Assembly (NCBI GenBank): GCA_964640345.1
Contig: CAZXFU010000003.1
Coordinates: forward strand, 1 to 35,165
Direction of reading: 5' to 3'
DNA length: 35,165 nucleotides
Source: an uncultured Eubacteriales bacterium
GTDB lineage: Bacteria; Bacillota; Clostridia; TANB77; RGIG9151
Each line of letters opens with the position of its first letter. The first letter of the stretch is position 1. The translations under genes were made by a program, and so were the position numbers. Below are positions 1-8,716 of this stretch, piece by piece. The notes beneath the pieces are model-generated. The model did not search any database and had not been told where the DNA came from. It saw only the letters and a program-made list of their open reading frames with translations.

Positions 1-117
1 TCGGTTACAAGCTTTGAGTATGTTTTTTATATTAATTTGATACTAAAGTGTGGAAAGGAGAACAATTATTTCTCTTTCTCAATTGACTTTCAGAACTTTT
101 TTACCAAAAATATATAC

Positions 118-146
118 TTGATTTTTCATTATCGTTTTTATATAAT
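118..146 (+). promoter_or_regulatory. Candidate sigma-A promoter upstream of flbD (TTGATT-17 nt-TATAAT)
   Basis: TTGATT at 118-123, a 17-nt spacer, then TATAAT at 141-146, about 55 nt upstream of the flbD start. AT-rich context makes chance matches likely. Confidence 0.3.
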
Positions 147-199
147 AATTTTTGTAAAATGATATAAAATTGTTTGAATGTTGTGGAGGCGTGCCTAAA

Positions 200-409
200 T
201 TGATAGAATTAACAAAATTAAATGATAAAAAATTTGTTATAAACTCAGACTTGATAGAAACAGTTGAAGCAGTACCTGATACAACGATATCGCTTACTAC
301 AGGTAATAGATTTGTAGTAAAGGAAAGCGTTGAAGAAATTGTACATAAAATTATAGAATTCAGACAAAGTTGTAGCATTTTTTTGCAAAAGAAAAGGGAG
401 GAAGAGTAA
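200..409 (+). CDS. flbD: Flagellar protein FlbD
   Basis: Translation LIELTKLNDKKFVINSDLIETVEAVPDTTISLTTGNRFVVKESVEEIVHKIIEF matches the FlbD family pattern (MIxLTRLNG..F.lN.dlIe.ie.tPDTvItL..G.k..VkEs.eEv..ki.ey). I chose the TTG at 200, preceded by GGAGG at 184-188, over the track ATG at 170. Confidence 0.85.
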   Translation: MIELTKLNDKKFVINSDLIETVEAVPDTTISLTTGNRFVVKESVEEIVHKIIEFRQSCSIFLQKKREEE

Positions 410-865
410 ATGGGTAAGAAGACAATTTTTTTTATTATCATAGGATTGGTACTCGGTGCAGTTCTTGCAGGTGTCGGTATTTATTTTATGATCCAAAACG
501 GAACTGTGAAGGAGCCTGTGGAAGAAGTTGCAGAATTTGACCTAAAGGACGGTCAAAGATTTACTTTGTCAAAGGTGCAAATCCCCTTGGTTCAAACCGG
601 TTCAAAAATATCTATCTTACAAGCTGACTTTACAATAGTTTTAAAAAATGAAAATGCATTAACTTTAGCGACTTCCATGGAACCTGATATAAAGGATGCA
701 ATTTATGGGGTGTTTGAAAGTAAAACACCGGAGGAATTAAAGTTACCTGGAGCAAGAGAGTCGATGAAGGAGCCTGTACTTGAGGCTATAAGAGAACTTT
801 ACAATTCAGAAGAAGATAAAGAAAATATTATTGCTGTTATGATTGCACCTTTTATAATTACTTAA
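410..865 (+). CDS. fliL: Flagellar basal-body-associated protein FliL
   Basis: N-terminal single TM helix (IFFIIIGLVLGAVLAGVGIYF), then a roughly 120-aa periplasmic-type domain. Size and the position between flbD and fliM are typical of FliL. The ATG overlaps the flbD stop (TAAATG). Confidence 0.8.
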   Translation: MGKKTIFFIIIGLVLGAVLAGVGIYFMIQNGTVKEPVEEVAEFDLKDGQRFTLSKVQIPLVQTGSKISILQADFTIVLKNENALTLATSMEPDIKDAIYGVFESKTPEELKLPGARESMKEPVLEAIRELYNSEEDKENIIAVMIAPFIIT

Positions 866-953
866 ATTTAAAAAGATATATTAAAGATAATTTGATAATG
901 TGTGCGACTTTGGTGTATATGAAGTCTAACTTTTTTACAAAGGAGAAGTTAAA

Positions 954-1841
954 ATGGTAGTTACAAGATATGATTTTTCTAAACCTAGTAAATTTGCAAA
1001 AAATCATATTGCGGGTTTTAGAAATATTTATGAGTATTTTTGTAAAACATCTTCAATTATACTTGAAACTCTTTTAAGGAGTGAGGTTATAGTTGAAATT
1101 GAAAATATAAAAGAAATGCCGTATGAAGGATATATTAAAACATTAAAAGACCCGGTAGCGATTGGTGTTATTAGAGCCCAAGAGTTACAGGGCGATATTT
1201 TGATGGAGTTTCCTCCCAACATTGCTTTTGAAATTATAGATAAGACTTTGGGCGGAAATGTTGAGGCAAAGCCTACTCAGAGAAATCTTACCGAAATTGA
1301 GGCTGCGATTATTTATAACATTATGAAAAACTTGATGACGTCACTAAAAGAGGCTTGGGGGCAGGCTTATAACATTACACCTATTGTTGAGAAGTTTTTT
1401 ACGACTACAAAACTTATTAATATGACGCGTCTTAATGATACAATTATAATGATAGAAATTAGGCTTAGTGTTGCAAATGAAACCGGAGTTATGAAGTTTT
1501 GTATACCGTATGAGACAATAAAGGCAATCATTAATAAAATAGATATCAAATCATGGTTATTTACTGAGGTTGAACCAAATTCGCCGGAAAAGGTAAAGAA
1601 AATTGAGGAAAAACTTGAACTGTCCAAAGTTGAGTTGCATGCGGTTTTGGGGGATACGAAGTTAAAATTATCAGATATTAAAGATTTACAGGTCGGAGAT
1701 GTTATTACGCTTAATACAAATATAAAATCAGAATTGCCTGTATATATTGATGGTGTAAAAAGATATAAGGCAAGACCGGGAACTAAGAATAAGAAGCTTG
1801 CCATTAAGATTACCGAGACAATTCGCAAGGAAGATGAATAA
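954..1841 (+). CDS. fliM: Flagellar motor switch protein FliM, N-terminally short form
   Basis: YDFSKPSKF near the N-terminus (compare YDF[KR]RP.[KR]FSK in FliM), a CheC-like middle domain, and a C-terminal SpoA/FliN-type domain (LSDIKDLQVGDVITL..). RBS AAAGGAGAAG lies before the ATG. An in-frame TAA at 927-929 prevents any upstream extension. Confidence 0.9.
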   Translation: MVVTRYDFSKPSKFAKNHIAGFRNIYEYFCKTSSIILETLLRSEVIVEIENIKEMPYEGYIKTLKDPVAIGVIRAQELQGDILMEFPPNIAFEIIDKTLGGNVEAKPTQRNLTEIEAAIIYNIMKNLMTSLKEAWGQAYNITPIVEKFFTTTKLINMTRLNDTIIMIEIRLSVANETGVMKFCIPYETIKAIINKIDIKSWLFTEVEPNSPEKVKKIEEKLELSKVELHAVLGDTKLKLSDIKDLQVGDVITLNTNIKSELPVYIDGVKRYKARPGTKNKKLAIKITETIRKEDE

Positions 1842-1855
1842 AGGAGGATAAGTTG

Positions 1856-2839
1856 ATGCTAGAAGGAGAAGAACTAAAGCAACTTTTACAGAATGATACA
1901 GAGTTTGACCAGGAAGTAGATATGCTTTCGGAAATGGATAAAAATGCTATTGTAGAATTGTTTAACGAACCTATGAAAGCTGTTTCTAAGGCAATGGAAA
2001 AGATATTGGGGAAGCCGTGTACACTTGGCGAAATATCTGCAGACATTGCAAAAGCTTCACTTATTAAAGAAACTTTAGGAGATACATATAGACTTTTTGA
2101 TGCAGAGTATAAAAGCGGGCTTTCGTCATTTGCTTTTGACACTGAAACTATAAAGAAGATTTCAAGTATTTTGTATGAAACTGTTCCGGAAGAAGGAGAA
2201 GTTACTGATGATGAGTTAAGAGGTTTTAGAGAGGTGCTTTCTCAGATGATATCATCTCTTGTGGGTGCTTTAGAAAAGACTACAGATGCAAATATTACAT
2301 TAAAAGAAACAGATAATGAGTCTAAAATTGGTACGTTAGACGAGAATGTAATTCAATTGTCAATTTCGCTTGATGTTAATGAAGATATAAATACTACTAT
2401 GTATTATTATATTACGTTTGCTGTAGTTAACACTTTGCTTAAGGTTTTAAAGTCCAAGATGCCTAAGGAATATGAAGAAGAAAATCATACGGTTAAAGGA
2501 AGTCCTGATGAACCTGAGGAAGAGAGTTCTGCTACGGTTCAACCAATTTGTTTTGAAGAACTTACTGAGAATTTAGCCGCTAATCAAAAGGAAAACATGA
2601 ATTTGCTTATGGATCTTCAACTCCAGGTTAGTGTAGAACTTGGAAAAGTAAAGAAACCTATTAAAGACATTTTACAGTTTACACAAGGTACAATTGTTGA
2701 ACTTGATAGGTTGGCTGGAGATAATGTTGATGTTTTAATTAGTGGAAAAATCATTGCAAAAGGTGAGGTCGTTGTTGTTGACCAGAATTTTGGCGTGCGT
2801 ATTACAAAAATTGTTTTGCCGGAGAAAAGAGTTTTATAG
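1856..2839 (+). CDS. fliY: Flagellar motor switch protein FliY (CheC-like domain plus FliN domain)
   Basis: N-terminal LEGEELKQLLQ peptide, a CheC-like segment (LSEMDKNAIVELFNEPMKAVSKAMEKILG) and a C-terminal FliN/SpoA domain (LQVSVELGKVKKPIKDILQFTQGTIVELDRLAGDNVDVLISGKIIAKGEVVVVDQNFGVRITKI). ATG at 1856 lies 7 nt after GGAGGA. Confidence 0.88.
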   Translation: MLEGEELKQLLQNDTEFDQEVDMLSEMDKNAIVELFNEPMKAVSKAMEKILGKPCTLGEISADIAKASLIKETLGDTYRLFDAEYKSGLSSFAFDTETIKKISSILYETVPEEGEVTDDELRGFREVLSQMISSLVGALEKTTDANITLKETDNESKIGTLDENVIQLSISLDVNEDINTTMYYYITFAVVNTLLKVLKSKMPKEYEEENHTVKGSPDEPEEESSATVQPICFEELTENLAANQKENMNLLMDLQLQVSVELGKVKKPIKDILQFTQGTIVELDRLAGDNVDVLISGKIIAKGEVVVVDQNFGVRITKIVLPEKRVL

Positions 2840-2851
2840 TCGGAGGTTTTT

Positions 2852-3274
2852 ATGGGAGCACAGTTTATAAGTTTACTTACTATTTTAATAGCTGTGGGAA
2901 GTGTTATGTTCCTTGCATATATTATGACGAAATTTGTCGGTAAAAAATCGTCAGGCATGATGAAGAGTAAATATATGAAGGTTATAGATACGCTTTCTTT
3001 TGGATTTGACAAGTCTATTTATTTAGTTCAGGTTGGCGAACAATTTGTGCTTATACATATGTCGGTTAAAGGTATGGAGTTTATTTGTAATATTGATTCA
3101 AGCCTTATAAAGTCTACTATTGCAAATACTCCGGTAAATGAAAATAAAAGCTTTGGAAAGTATTTTGATTTCTTTAAGATGGAAAACAAGATAAAAACAG
3201 ATTCAGTTAAGCAAGGAAATGAAGTTAATGAGAATATAAAACGCTTAAGGTATTTGTTTAATAATAAGAAATGA
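2852..3274 (+). CDS. fliO: Flagellar biosynthesis protein FliO/FliZ-like
   Basis: 140 aa with one N-terminal TM helix (FISLLTILIAVGSVMFLAYIM). It sits directly upstream of fliP, as FliO/FliZ does in Bacillota fla operons. Assignment rests on position and topology. Confidence 0.6.
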   Translation: MGAQFISLLTILIAVGSVMFLAYIMTKFVGKKSSGMMKSKYMKVIDTLSFGFDKSIYLVQVGEQFVLIHMSVKGMEFICNIDSSLIKSTIANTPVNENKSFGKYFDFFKMENKIKTDSVKQGNEVNENIKRLRYLFNNKK

Positions 3275-3293
3275 TTTTTGAGCGAGGTTTTCA

Positions 3294-4061
3294 ATGATGT
3301 CAAAAAGATTTAAAGTGATTTTAATTATTTTAATAGCATCGGTAATATTTATTTCCGCATCGCATGCTGAACCTATAAATATTCCTAAAATCACTTTAGG
3401 AATAGACGAGGCAACTGAGCCCCAAGAAACAGTTACTACAATTCAAGTTATTTTGCTTCTTACTATTCTTACTTTAGCACCGTCTATTTTAGTGTTAATG
3501 ACATCTTTTACAAGAATTATTATAGTACTGTCTTTTTTAAGGAGTGCTATGGGCACTAACCAGATGCCACCAAACCAGGTTATGGTTGGACTTGCTTTGT
3601 TTTTAACATTTTTTATAATGTCTCCTACGTTCTCAGAAATAAATGATAAGGCACTTCAGCCGTATTTGTCCAATACTATAACGCAGCAGGAAGCGTACGA
3701 TAATGCTGTTGGTTCTATAAAACATTTTATGTTAAGCCAGCTAAGAGGCGAATCGGACCTTGCGTTATTCGTTGAAATCGGAGAAGTAGAAAATGTTCCG
3801 GAAGATTTGTCTCAGTTGCCGCTTACTATTATTGTTCCGGCGTTTGTTATAAGTGAGTTAAAGATTGCGTTTCAGATGGGATTTGTTATATATATACCGT
3901 TTCTTATTATAGATATGATCGTTTCAAGTACCCTTATGTCTATGGGTATGATGATGTTACCACCAAGCTTAATTTCTATGCCGTTTAAGTTATTGTTGTT
4001 TATTTTGGTTGACGGTTGGAACTTGGTTATTAAGACTATTGTTACCGGATTTGTGCGATGA
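3294..4061 (+). CDS. fliP: Flagellar export apparatus protein FliP
   Basis: Signal peptide followed by conserved FliP strings (LTILTLAPSILVLMTSFTRIIIVLSFLR.A.G....PPNQV, GFVIYIPFLIIDMIVSS.LMSMGMMMLPP). Confidence 0.95.
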   Translation: MMSKRFKVILIILIASVIFISASHAEPINIPKITLGIDEATEPQETVTTIQVILLLTILTLAPSILVLMTSFTRIIIVLSFLRSAMGTNQMPPNQVMVGLALFLTFFIMSPTFSEINDKALQPYLSNTITQQEAYDNAVGSIKHFMLSQLRGESDLALFVEIGEVENVPEDLSQLPLTIIVPAFVISELKIAFQMGFVIYIPFLIIDMIVSSTLMSMGMMMLPPSLISMPFKLLLFILVDGWNLVIKTIVTGFVR

Positions 4062-4075
4062 TGGAGGTGTTTTAG

Positions 4076-4345
4076 TTGGATACAGGCGTTGTTATGGATA
4101 TAGCAAGTAATGCAATGATTACTGCAATTATGGTTGCTTCTCCGATTTTGTTAATCAGTATAATTGTAGGACTTGCTGTTAGTATTTTTCAGGCTACAAC
4201 TCATATTCAAGAGCAGACGCTTACTTTTGTGCCTAAGGTTTTAGCCATTGTTGGTGTAATGATTTTGTTTGGCCCGTGGATGATAACTGTTCTTACTACA
4301 TTTATAACGGAATTATATTCCGGAATGAATACTTTATTTTTATAA
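4076..4345 (+). CDS. fliQ: Flagellar export apparatus protein FliQ
   Basis: 89 aa with two TM helices and the IFQATTHIQEQTLTFVPK motif typical of FliQ. TTG start after GGAGGTG. Confidence 0.92.
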   Translation: MDTGVVMDIASNAMITAIMVASPILLISIIVGLAVSIFQATTHIQEQTLTFVPKVLAIVGVMILFGPWMITVLTTFITELYSGMNTLFL

Positions 4346-4358
4346 TTAGAGGTATTTT

Positions 4359-5144
4359 ATGATTGATTTTGGAGTTGCAGTAGAGAATTTTGATGCTATA
4401 TTGTTAGTTTTGGTAAGAATGAGCGGGTTATTTATATTGTCTCCGGTTTTTGGAAGACAAAATATGCCTGCTCTTTTTAAGATTGGCTTTGCATTTTTCT
4501 TGACGCTTATATATGTCAGTGCAACAGATAATCTGGTAATTGATTATAAGGACAGCATGGTTTTATATGTTATATATGTTGCAAAAGAGCTTGCAGTCGG
4601 AATGGTTATGGGGTATGTTACTTATATAATTATGTCTGGAATATATCTTGCCGGACAAATTATAGATAACCAAGTAGGCTTTGGTTATGCAAATGTGTTG
4701 GACCCAATTACTAATATCCAAGTCCCTCTTACATCTAATTTCTACTACACATACTTGATATTAATTTTCTTATTAATAAATGGTCATCACATGATAATTA
4801 GAGCTTTGTTTTATAGCTATAAAGTAATACCACTCGGACAACTTACATTTAGCTCAGACGTTATTTCGGAACTGGGATCGGTTATGTCTGAGATGTTTGG
4901 AATCGCACTTAGAATTTCAGCACCGATTATTGCTGCAGTGTTTATTACGGACGTTGTATTAGGTGTCCTTTCAAAAACAATACCTGAAATGAATGTATTC
5001 ATGTTGGGTATGCCAATTAAGGTTTTGCTTGGGTTTGCTATAATAACGATTACTGTAGCGAATGCCGTTCCTATTGCAGAGGGTCTTACATCTCTTATGG
5101 AAGAAAACATTGTTAAATTTTTTAATGCTATGAGTGGTGCATAA
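4359..5144 (+). CDS. fliR: Flagellar export apparatus protein FliR
   Basis: 261-aa polytopic membrane protein positioned between fliQ and flhB. It has FliR-like N-terminal helices (LLVLVRMSGLFILSPVFG). Confidence 0.9.
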   Translation: MIDFGVAVENFDAILLVLVRMSGLFILSPVFGRQNMPALFKIGFAFFLTLIYVSATDNLVIDYKDSMVLYVIYVAKELAVGMVMGYVTYIIMSGIYLAGQIIDNQVGFGYANVLDPITNIQVPLTSNFYYTYLILIFLLINGHHMIIRALFYSYKVIPLGQLTFSSDVISELGSVMSEMFGIALRISAPIIAAVFITDVVLGVLSKTIPEMNVFMLGMPIKVLLGFAIITITVANAVPIAEGLTSLMEENIVKFFNAMSGA

Positions 5145-5164
5145 AAGAAAAGGGGGTATAAATC

Positions 5165-6286
5165 ATGAGTTTAGATGAATATGAAGTAAATGATTTATAT
5201 CTTCGTATTTCACTACAATTTTTTGCGGACAGTGATGAAAAAACTGAAGAGCCTACCGCAAAACGTAAGAAAGAAGCTCGTGAGAAAGGTCAGGTACCAA
5301 AAAGTACCGAACTTAATGCGGCTGTCGTTTTGCTTTTTGGTTTTGTATGCCTTAAAAATTTTGGTATGAAGCTATATACAGGAATGTTAGATATAGTAAC
5401 TCTTACATTTGAAGTGTATATGTATAAGGAAGATATGTTTACCGTAAATGGAATAATGGGATTGGCTACAGAATTGGCAATAATGTTTTTCACTGCGATG
5501 ATGCCTATTTTTGCAGTTATAATGCTTGCCGGTGTTGTTTCCAACTTAATGCAGTCAGGACTACTTTTTACTACAGAGAGTATTAAACCTAAATTTAGCA
5601 ATATAAGTCCGTTAAAAGGAATAAAGCAGATGTTTTCTTTAAAACAAGTTGCGGAATTCTTTTTTAAAACGTTAGTAAAAGTAGCAATAGTTGGAGCGAT
5701 AGCATATAGAACTATTAATGATAATGTGTCAGCTCTACTTAACACAATGAATTTAACTCCGGCTGCAACCGGAGAATATATAATGACCGTAATTATAGAT
5801 TTGGGCATTAGAATGGGGACATTTCTTTTAATTTACGCATTAGTTGATTGGATTATTCAGAAGAGAAAACATAAAAAAGACTTGAGAATGACAAAGCAGG
5901 AAATAAAAGAAGAATATAAGCAGACTGAAGGTAACCCGCAAATTAAAGGAAAAATCAAGCAAAAGCAGAGGCAGATGTCTATGAGTCGTATGATGAAATC
6001 TGTACCGAAAGCAGATGTTGTTATTACAAATCCTACGCATTTTGCGGTTGCTATAAAGTATGATCCTAAGGAAAATGATGCACCTATAGTTGTAGCAAAA
6101 GGACAGGATTACGTTGCACTTAGAATTAAGGAAGTGGCAAAAGAAAACAATGTGCAAATTGTAGAAAACAAAGCACTTGCAAGATCTTTATATGCTTCTG
6201 TTGATATTGGTCAGGCTATACCAGAAGAGCTTTATCAAGCAGTTGCAGAAGTTTTGGCATATGTATTCTCTATGCGTGCTTCTTAA
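5165..6286 (+). CDS. flhB: Flagellar export switch protein FlhB
   Basis: N-terminal LQFFA..EKTEEPTAKRKKEAREKGQVPKS, four TM helices and the NPTH autocleavage motif (VVITNPTHFAVAIKY). Confidence 0.95.
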   Translation: MSLDEYEVNDLYLRISLQFFADSDEKTEEPTAKRKKEAREKGQVPKSTELNAAVVLLFGFVCLKNFGMKLYTGMLDIVTLTFEVYMYKEDMFTVNGIMGLATELAIMFFTAMMPIFAVIMLAGVVSNLMQSGLLFTTESIKPKFSNISPLKGIKQMFSLKQVAEFFFKTLVKVAIVGAIAYRTINDNVSALLNTMNLTPAATGEYIMTVIIDLGIRMGTFLLIYALVDWIIQKRKHKKDLRMTKQEIKEEYKQTEGNPQIKGKIKQKQRQMSMSRMMKSVPKADVVITNPTHFAVAIKYDPKENDAPIVVAKGQDYVALRIKEVAKENNVQIVENKALARSLYASVDIGQAIPEELYQAVAEVLAYVFSMRAS

Positions 6287-6349
6287 AATTAGCTATAAAA
6301 AACGAGACCGCAAAGATTTTTTGAGGTCTCGTTTTTTATAGCTAATTTT
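6285..6349. terminator. Bidirectional intrinsic terminator, 25-bp perfect inverted repeat
   Basis: Arms AAAATTAGCTATAAAAAACGAGACC (6285-6309) and GGTCTCGTTTTTTATAGCTAATTTT (6325-6349) with a 15-nt loop. A/T runs lie on both sides. It fills the whole gap between convergent flhB and the kinase gene and overlaps both stop codons. Confidence 0.85.
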
Positions 6350-7796
6350 AAGAGTTCTTATCGCAAATTTCGAGAATAAACCAAAAATTTGCACCTTTAT
6401 CTGAATTGTTTTCAACACCAAACTCTGCATTATGGAGCTGTAATATGTTTTTAACTATAGCAAGCCCCAAACCGGTTCCGACTTTAGCACGTTTGTGAGT
6501 ACTTTTTGATTTATAGTACCTATCCCAAATGTACTTCATTTCATCAGGATTTATGCCATCTCCGGTATCAATTATCTCAATTTTTACTTTGCTTCCGGAT
6601 ACAGTTTGGCGTATTTTTACAATTTTATCATCTCCAGTATAAGTTATTGCATTGTTTACAAGATTATAAACAACTTGCATGAGCCTTAATTCGTCTGCTT
6701 CAACGAAAACCTCAGAATCATGTTCAAATTCGATAGAATAGCCATCTTTTTCCACCAATTTTGAATATCTTGTAAGAATATTTTTAATGCAGTTAGTCAA
6801 GTTAAAAGTTATTTTATTTAGAGCAATTTGCCCATTTTGAAGTTTTGAGATATCAAGTATGTCATTTACAAGGTTTGTAAGGTGTTTTGTCTCATCTATG
6901 ATTATTTGAACATTTTCGGGAGTGTTTTCTCCCGGAATGTCACGAATGACTTCAGCATAACCTGCAATCATGGTCAGAGGTGTTCTCAAGTCGTGAGACA
7001 CATTGGCTATCAATTCACGTCTTAAATTTTCTACTTTCGATAACTCGGAAGAAGAATAAGTTAATGTATTTGCAAGCTCGGATATTTCCTTATAACCGGT
7101 ATCCTGAAATTTTAAGTTATATTCATAAGGAAGTTTTTTTGCAGATTTATTTATATTTTCAATTGGCTTTGCAATTTTCTTTGAAAGTATAAGTGAAAGT
7201 ATAAATGAAAGAACTAGCATTATTACAGTTATGCAAATAAGCTGACTTCTTAAGGTGGTTGTAGTAGAGTACACCGGTTCTATTACTGAATTTAGTACAA
7301 GTGTGTATTCTTCCCCGTCTTTAGAAGTTATTTTCTTGGCAAGAATTACGCTTTTTGCAAAGTCTTTTTTGTTTTCAGAAATAAACGGACTGTTTTCACG
7401 ATGATTTGGATAAAGCTTTGAAAAGTATTCATTTGAGTCACCAAGTTCTGAGGCAATTATAGGATACAACATAAAAGAAGGTGTTTTGTGAATAATGCAA
7501 TTCATCAGCACGTTAGACGAGTATATTGCTTCATTTCCTTTGTATAGAAGAATACATATATCTTTGTTGTGAGAAACTTTTTCAATTGTATTTTTCAAAT
7601 CGGTCAAGTCTATAGAACTTTCTATAGAAGAGCATGTCGAGTAGATTTCTTTAATTTTTATCGTCTCATAAAAACTGTTTAAAAAAACTATTTGGAACAG
7701 CCAAAGAAGTAAAAGCATTATTAATGAAAATAGTGAAAAATAGGTAAAAAGCTTCCATTTTAAACTTAATTCATTTTTTTTACTGAACATTTTCAA
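6348..7796 (-). CDS. Sensor histidine kinase (two TM helices, HisKA plus HATPase_c)
   Basis: H-box VSHDLRTPLTMIAGYAE, N-box LVNNAITYT, G1 DTGDGI and G2 GTGLGLAIV. The N-terminal TM helix, extracytoplasmic segment and second TM helix fit a sensor kinase. It overlaps the upstream response regulator gene by 17 nt. Confidence 0.92.
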   Translation of the reverse strand: MKMFSKKNELSLKWKLFTYFSLFSLIMLLLLWLFQIVFLNSFYETIKIKEIYSTCSSIESSIDLTDLKNTIEKVSHNKDICILLYKGNEAIYSSNVLMNCIIHKTPSFMLYPIIASELGDSNEYFSKLYPNHRENSPFISENKKDFAKSVILAKKITSKDGEEYTLVLNSVIEPVYSTTTTLRSQLICITVIMLVLSFILSLILSKKIAKPIENINKSAKKLPYEYNLKFQDTGYKEISELANTLTYSSSELSKVENLRRELIANVSHDLRTPLTMIAGYAEVIRDIPGENTPENVQIIIDETKHLTNLVNDILDISKLQNGQIALNKITFNLTNCIKNILTRYSKLVEKDGYSIEFEHDSEVFVEADELRLMQVVYNLVNNAITYTGDDKIVKIRQTVSGSKVKIEIIDTGDGINPDEMKYIWDRYYKSKSTHKRAKVGTGLGLAIVKNILQLHNAEFGVENNSDKGANFWFILEICDKNS

Positions 7797-8457
7797 AGCG
7801 GTATCCCACCCCTCTTAGCGTTGTAATTAGGTCACTGTATTTCCCCAGACTTTTTCTAAGAAGCTTAATATGCGTATCTAAAGTTCTGTCGTCTCCGTAG
7901 AAATCATATCCCCACACGTCTAAAATCAGTTTCTCACGAGTTAAAGCAACGCCTCTATTATTTATTAGATAAACTAGTAAATCGTATTCCTTCGGTGAAA
8001 GATTTATTTTTTCGTTATCTATATACAAAATTCTTGCGGTAAAGTCTAATAGCATCGATTCGTATTTAAATGTTTCATTTTTAGTAGCACCTGAAGGGGC
8101 AGTGCGTTTTAAAATTGCCTCAATACGCATCATAAGTTCTTTGGGTGAGAACGGTTTTACCATATAATCATCTATTCCAAGTTCAAAACCATGGATTTTA
8201 TCGTATTCCTCGCCTCTCGCAGAAAGCATAATTATAGGAACATTTGAAGTTTTTCGTATTTCTTTTGCGGTAGAAAAGCCGTCTAATTCCGGCATCATAA
8301 TATCTAACACGATAATGTCAAAAGTATGAGTTTTAAATAACTCTATAGCTTCCATTCCGTTACTGGATTCCGTTATTTCATGATTGTCAAATTTTGCATA
8401 TTTTTTTATAAGATTTCGAATATTATCTTCATCATCTACAATTAAAATTTTTGCCAT
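7780..8457 (-). CDS. OmpR/PhoB-family response regulator
   Basis: Receiver domain (KILIVDDE..., DIIVLDIMMPELDG, MLSARG, KPF) plus a winged-helix output domain (LSPKEYDLLVYL..., RTLDTHIKLLRKSL, LITTLRGVGYRF). I preferred the ATG at 8457, preceded by GGAGGA, over the track TTG at 8478. Confidence 0.93.
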   Translation of the reverse strand: MAKILIVDDEDNIRNLIKKYAKFDNHEITESSNGMEAIELFKTHTFDIIVLDIMMPELDGFSTAKEIRKTSNVPIIMLSARGEEYDKIHGFELGIDDYMVKPFSPKELMMRIEAILKRTAPSGATKNETFKYESMLLDFTARILYIDNEKINLSPKEYDLLVYLINNRGVALTREKLILDVWGYDFYGDDRTLDTHIKLLRKSLGKYSDLITTLRGVGYRFENVQ

Positions 8458-8557
8458 GATATCCTCCAATTCTGACAAAAGCTTGTCTTTTTAATTACTT
8501 TAATATTATAACACAATGGTGGTCTTTATGTGAAGAAGAAATGAAAATTCACAAATA

Positions 8558-8605
8558 TGTTTTAATTTAAAAAACAACCTTAGTTTATTGTTTTAATTTA
8601 AAAAA
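8558..8605 (+). repeat. Two exact copies of the 17-bp motif TGTTTTAATTTAAAAAA, 31 bp apart
   Basis: Copies at 8558-8574 and 8589-8605. They lie in the divergent intergenic region between the response regulator and the methyltransferase gene. This may be an operator or UP-like element. Confidence 0.6.
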
Positions 8606-8626
8606 TATGATATGTTGTGTTAGAAT
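8598..8626 (+). promoter_or_regulatory. Candidate extended -10 promoter for the R-M operon
   Basis: TGTTAGAAT (TG at 8618-8619, TAGAAT at 8621-8626) with a weak -35 TTAAAA at 8598-8603. It overlaps the second 17-bp repeat copy and lies about 90 nt upstream of the methyltransferase start. Confidence 0.3.
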
Positions 8627-8716
8627 TTGATAAAAAAGTAAAATGAAGAATGAAAATCAATTAGTTATAGAAAATATTTATAAGAATAGATAAAATTTTG
8701 TGAAGGGATGGAAAAA

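Noticed and set aside
53-79. Hairpin GAAAGGAGAA...TTCTCTTTC as terminator of an upstream gene
   Set aside because: The stem is imperfect, with a bulge, and has no T-run. The upstream gene lies outside the window, so this cannot be supported.
79-441. Antisense ORFs in the six-frame track, for example 79-441(-), 1367-1828(-), 1810-2142(-), 2617-3012(-), 5290-5808(-), 13782-14105(-), 18064-18918(-), 19830-20255(-), 20676-21182(-), 33861-34187(-)
   Set aside because: Each lies fully inside, and antisense to, a confidently identified gene. Their translations are low-complexity and Ser/Ile/Phe/Leu-rich, as expected from the reverse frame of AT-rich coding DNA. They lack convincing RBSs.
8558-8605. 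Possible CRISPR or tandem-repeat array in the AT-rich spacer upstream of the methyltransferase
   Set aside because: There are only two 17-bp copies, no further repeats and no cas genes. I treated this as a promoter-proximal direct repeat, not a CRISPR array.
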